Shown here: piece by piece, positions 61,959 through 64,000 of the stretch | How positions within the stretch are numbered: position 1 is the first letter of the stretch | Layout of the letters: each line of letters opens with the position of its first letter | Assembly (NCBI GenBank): GCA_965225085.1 | Contig: CBDDBE010000005.1 | Coordinates: 2,378-66,377, forward strand | Direction: 5' to 3' | From: an uncultured Candidatus Saccharibacteria bacterium | GTDB taxonomy: Bacteria; Patescibacteriota; Saccharimonadia; Saccharimonadales; EFPC-124 | DNA: 64,000 nucleotides | Program-made: the position numbers and the translations under genes | The notes under the pieces: model-generated | Databases searched by the model: none | The model's input: only the letters and a program-made list of their open reading frames with translations | What the model was told of the DNA's origin: nothing

Positions 61959-63107
61959 TTATCCGGCTAGATCGGCGATAAACTTGTTAATTTTGGTTTC
62001 TGTCATGCCAGGCATACAGATGACGTGGCTCCATCCGTCGTGCGTTGCTAGTTGCCATTTGACGATGAGGTCCTGGGGTGGTGAGGCTAGCATGACGGTT
62101 AATGCGTGCGGGTTACGCCAGGTTTTCCAGCCGATGTGCTGGAGTCGTTGGTGCGTGTAGTGGGCGAGTTCGAGGCTGTGGCGTGCCCGTTCGGCTAGCC
62201 CCTCGAGGCCCCATCGTTGGATGGCGTACCATAGGACGAGCGGCGTGTGCCCGTTGCGCGACCCAGAGATGGTCGTATCGACCGATCCGGTATAATTTGC
62301 CTGCCCGTCCAGCAGGTCGCGGTCGGCCTTATGCACCAATATAACGCCGCACGGCATGGGTGAGCCGATGAACTTGTGCCCACTGATGCTGACGCTGTCG
62401 GCGCCATCCTCGAAGTCAAAAGGGTGGCGCGGTTCCAGCAGCGCAGCATATGGCCCGGCCAACGCTGCGTCGCAGTGGATGAAATTATTCTGAACGCCGG
62501 CACTCTGCAGCGCCTGTCGTATGCGGTGGATGTCGTCTCGCGCCTCGGTCATGGTGGTGCCGATGGTAGCAATGATGATGGCAGGATTGCCAGCGTTTTT
62601 GCTCAGCTGACGCTGCAGGTCCTGGTAATCCATCTCGCCGTTTGGCGTGGTCTGTATGGGCACGCCTCTTTGCCCGAGGATATGAACGTTTTTTGCGATG
62701 CCGTAATGCGCCGCAGTCGAATAGTATACGAGGGCGTCAGGGAACTTTTGCCGGGCTACGTACAAGGCGTACAGGTTGCACTCGGTGCTCCCGTTGGTGA
62801 CGTATCCCCACCACGAACCATCTTTGGCGCGGAAGAGCTTGGCAAAAAAGGCGAGCACCTCTTGCTCCATAGCTTTGGTGTTCAGGCCGTGGAATGTAGA
62901 AACAGTCGGGTCGCCGGCGTTGTTGAGTAGGTGCTGTTGTATGGCGGCCAGTTCCTGGTAGTCAAAATCGAGTGCCCCCGGAAATCCAATGAAGTGGTCG
63001 TAATCATCATGAGTTCGGTCAAGCAGCTGTTCTAGACGTTTTCTGGCCGCATCACTAATAAAACTTTTTGGCACGTGCCCCCCTTTTTTTTGTACAAAAT
63101 AAAACAC
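61959..63107 (-). CDS. hdc: PLP-dependent histidine decarboxylase (group II decarboxylase)
   Basis: WGYVTNGSTECNLYALYVAR, SISGHKFIGSPMPCGVIL (PLP Lys), ISGSRNGHTPLVLWYAI; close to Gram-negative HDC as I recall it. Start ambiguous: GTG 63107 or GTG 63074. Confidence 0.8.
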   Translation of the reverse strand: MFYFVQKKGGHVPKSFISDAARKRLEQLLDRTHDDYDHFIGFPGALDFDYQELAAIQQHLLNNAGDPTVSTFHGLNTKAMEQEVLAFFAKLFRAKDGSWWGYVTNGSTECNLYALYVARQKFPDALVYYSTAAHYGIAKNVHILGQRGVPIQTTPNGEMDYQDLQRQLSKNAGNPAIIIATIGTTMTEARDDIHRIRQALQSAGVQNNFIHCDAALAGPYAALLEPRHPFDFEDGADSVSISGHKFIGSPMPCGVILVHKADRDLLDGQANYTGSVDTTISGSRNGHTPLVLWYAIQRWGLEGLAERARHSLELAHYTHQRLQHIGWKTWRNPHALTVMLASPPQDLIVKWQLATHDGWSHVICMPGMTETKINKFIADLAG

Positions 63108-63205
63108 GCCATGGCGGCGCGTGTCACAACATGTATCGTATCACGATTATGGCTTTGTCTGCACGGAAAAACAGGCCGCTTGTGTTATGATCGCTGACGC
63201 ATCAG

Positions 63206-63233
63206 TTGTATTTTTGGGACAGCGTTGTATAAT
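63206..63233 (+). promoter_or_regulatory. Sigma70-like promoter (TTGTAT-16-TATAAT) for the leader of the 63382 gene
   Basis: Hexamers read in the sequence. Confidence 0.4.
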
Positions 63234-63335
63234 CGACCTTATGGTATATCTACCACAAGTCATGAACATGATGATGCCCCTCCACGCCACGCGGAGTCAT
63301 TTTTGCATGTCATAGACGAGAATTAATAGACAAGC

Positions 63336-63361
63336 AACCTCCGCTACATGCGGAGGTTTTT
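63336..63361 (+). terminator. Rho-independent terminator/attenuator 21 nt upstream of a start codon (aacctccgc-tacat-gcggaggtt, T5 overlapping the last 2 nt of the right arm)
   Basis: Perfect 9-bp stem and T-run, located inside a 5' leader rather than after a gene. Confidence 0.6.
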
Positions 63362-63381
63362 AATTTCTGAAAGGGAAATAC

Positions 63382-64000
63382 ATGTCACAAATAATTGGAT
63401 CAATCATAACAGACTGCGCGGATAGTAATGCTCGTGCCCGGCAGGAGCTACGTTTTACGAGCCTATTTGGCGCAAAGCCAACGTTTCTAGGCGTTGGTGC
63501 GAAGGCGCCTGACATTGAGGCGGCTGGTAATTTGCTCGATCAACTGGACGCTTTGAGCGGCCCGTCGGCTTCACGCAATGAAGGAACGCGGGCTGTTATC
63601 CTCATCAACGTAGCGCCCCGTGGCGAGCGTATAAAGCAAAAGTGGCATAACGGCACGCCCTTTTGTTACGTACGCGTTGGCAATGTTCTCGTTGTGGGCA
63701 CATATGCCGGCCGCGCGTTGGGCTTACTTCGCGAGTGCGGGCTGGCTGATTCGGTAGAGGTGCTTGATGTGCCCACGGTTACCGCCGCTGCCGTAGAATG
63801 GGGCGAGCTGACCCGAACGCAAGCTGAACACATCAATCGTACGCAATTTAGAAGTTTTGAGTTTTTGCCACGGGTTGCCTACTGGCTTACCCAAAATAAG
63901 CCCGTGCCATCTGTGGCGCAGCCAATCGAAGCGGGGCATGATATCAACGGTAAAGTTTGGTGTATAGATAGCTTTGGCAATGCCAAGACAACTTTACTGC
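63382..64000 (+). CDS. Possible SAM hydroxide adenosyltransferase (DUF62)-like protein; 3' end beyond the window
   Basis: Own translation: MSQIIGSIITDCADSNARARQ..VILINVAPRGE..GKVWCIDSFGNAKTTLL. The D.FGN motif and overall layout resemble DUF62, but the N-terminal motif is divergent. Confidence 0.35.
   Translation, partial: MSQIIGSIITDCADSNARARQELRFTSLFGAKPTFLGVGAKAPDIEAAGNLLDQLDALSGPSASRNEGTRAVILINVAPRGERIKQKWHNGTPFCYVRVGNVLVVGTYAGRALGLLRECGLADSVEVLDVPTVTAAAVEWGELTRTQAEHINRTQFRSFEFLPRVAYWLTQNKPVPSVAQPIEAGHDINGKVWCIDSFGNAKTTLL

Noticed and set aside
62376-62930. 184-aa plus-strand ORF opposite hdc
   Set aside because: It is antisense to the strongly supported histidine decarboxylase.
1-64000. 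Alternative genetic code (UGA recoding)
   Set aside because: UGA functions as a stop in several ATGA start/stop overlaps (cyoC/cyoD, DUF389/cupredoxin-like, GT2/GH-like, P2/LamG), and conserved proteins end at UGA with normal lengths.

Overview
The window is 64 kb of a bacterial chromosome at roughly 50% GC. It uses the standard genetic code: UGA is a stop, and many adjacent genes overlap by ATGA. I cannot assign a taxon; the gene content fits a small-genome, Gram-positive-type or Patescibacteria-like organism. The ORF track omits ORFs that run off the window edges, so leuS and the last gene come from my own translation. Several track ORFs were trimmed to internal starts. No rRNA, CRISPR array, transposase, integrase or reverse transcriptase was seen.

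- **1-12 kb (housekeeping):** leuS, which carries an in-frame Nudix-domain insertion, then murF, tRNA-Ala(GGC), an NlpC/P60 hydrolase, an XRE regulator, rpmF, nusB, a Nudix gene, rnc, rpsP, a KH protein, an unknown 488-aa ORF where rimM normally sits, and trmD.
- **12-14 kb:** a GC-rich island of three unknown genes, two of them paralogs.
- **14-23 kb (oxygen handling):** a NiSOD operon (sodN-sodX plus a membrane protein), a CNNM/CBS protein, and a complete cytochrome bo3-type quinol oxidase operon cyoABCDE. The oxidase operon is preceded by DUF389 and cupredoxin-like genes.
- **23-64 kb (accessory):**
  - Two membrane-anchored paralogs that share an identical 157-bp 5' cassette.
  - A CHAP amidase fused to a 7-blade WW propeller.
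  - A ku / pentapeptide-repeat / ligD operon.
  - Three dispersed phage-tail-fibre-like genes that share one N-terminal module.
  - A tandem jelly-roll / LamG cassette.
  - A GT2 polysaccharide-synthase module.
  - TetR, AraC and MarR regulators, a sensor kinase and a histidine decarboxylase.

The most system-like novelty is the signal-peptide-less set of receptor-binding-protein-like genes at 32.6-34.4 kb and 44.7-54.3 kb, which has no phage morphogenesis genes around it.
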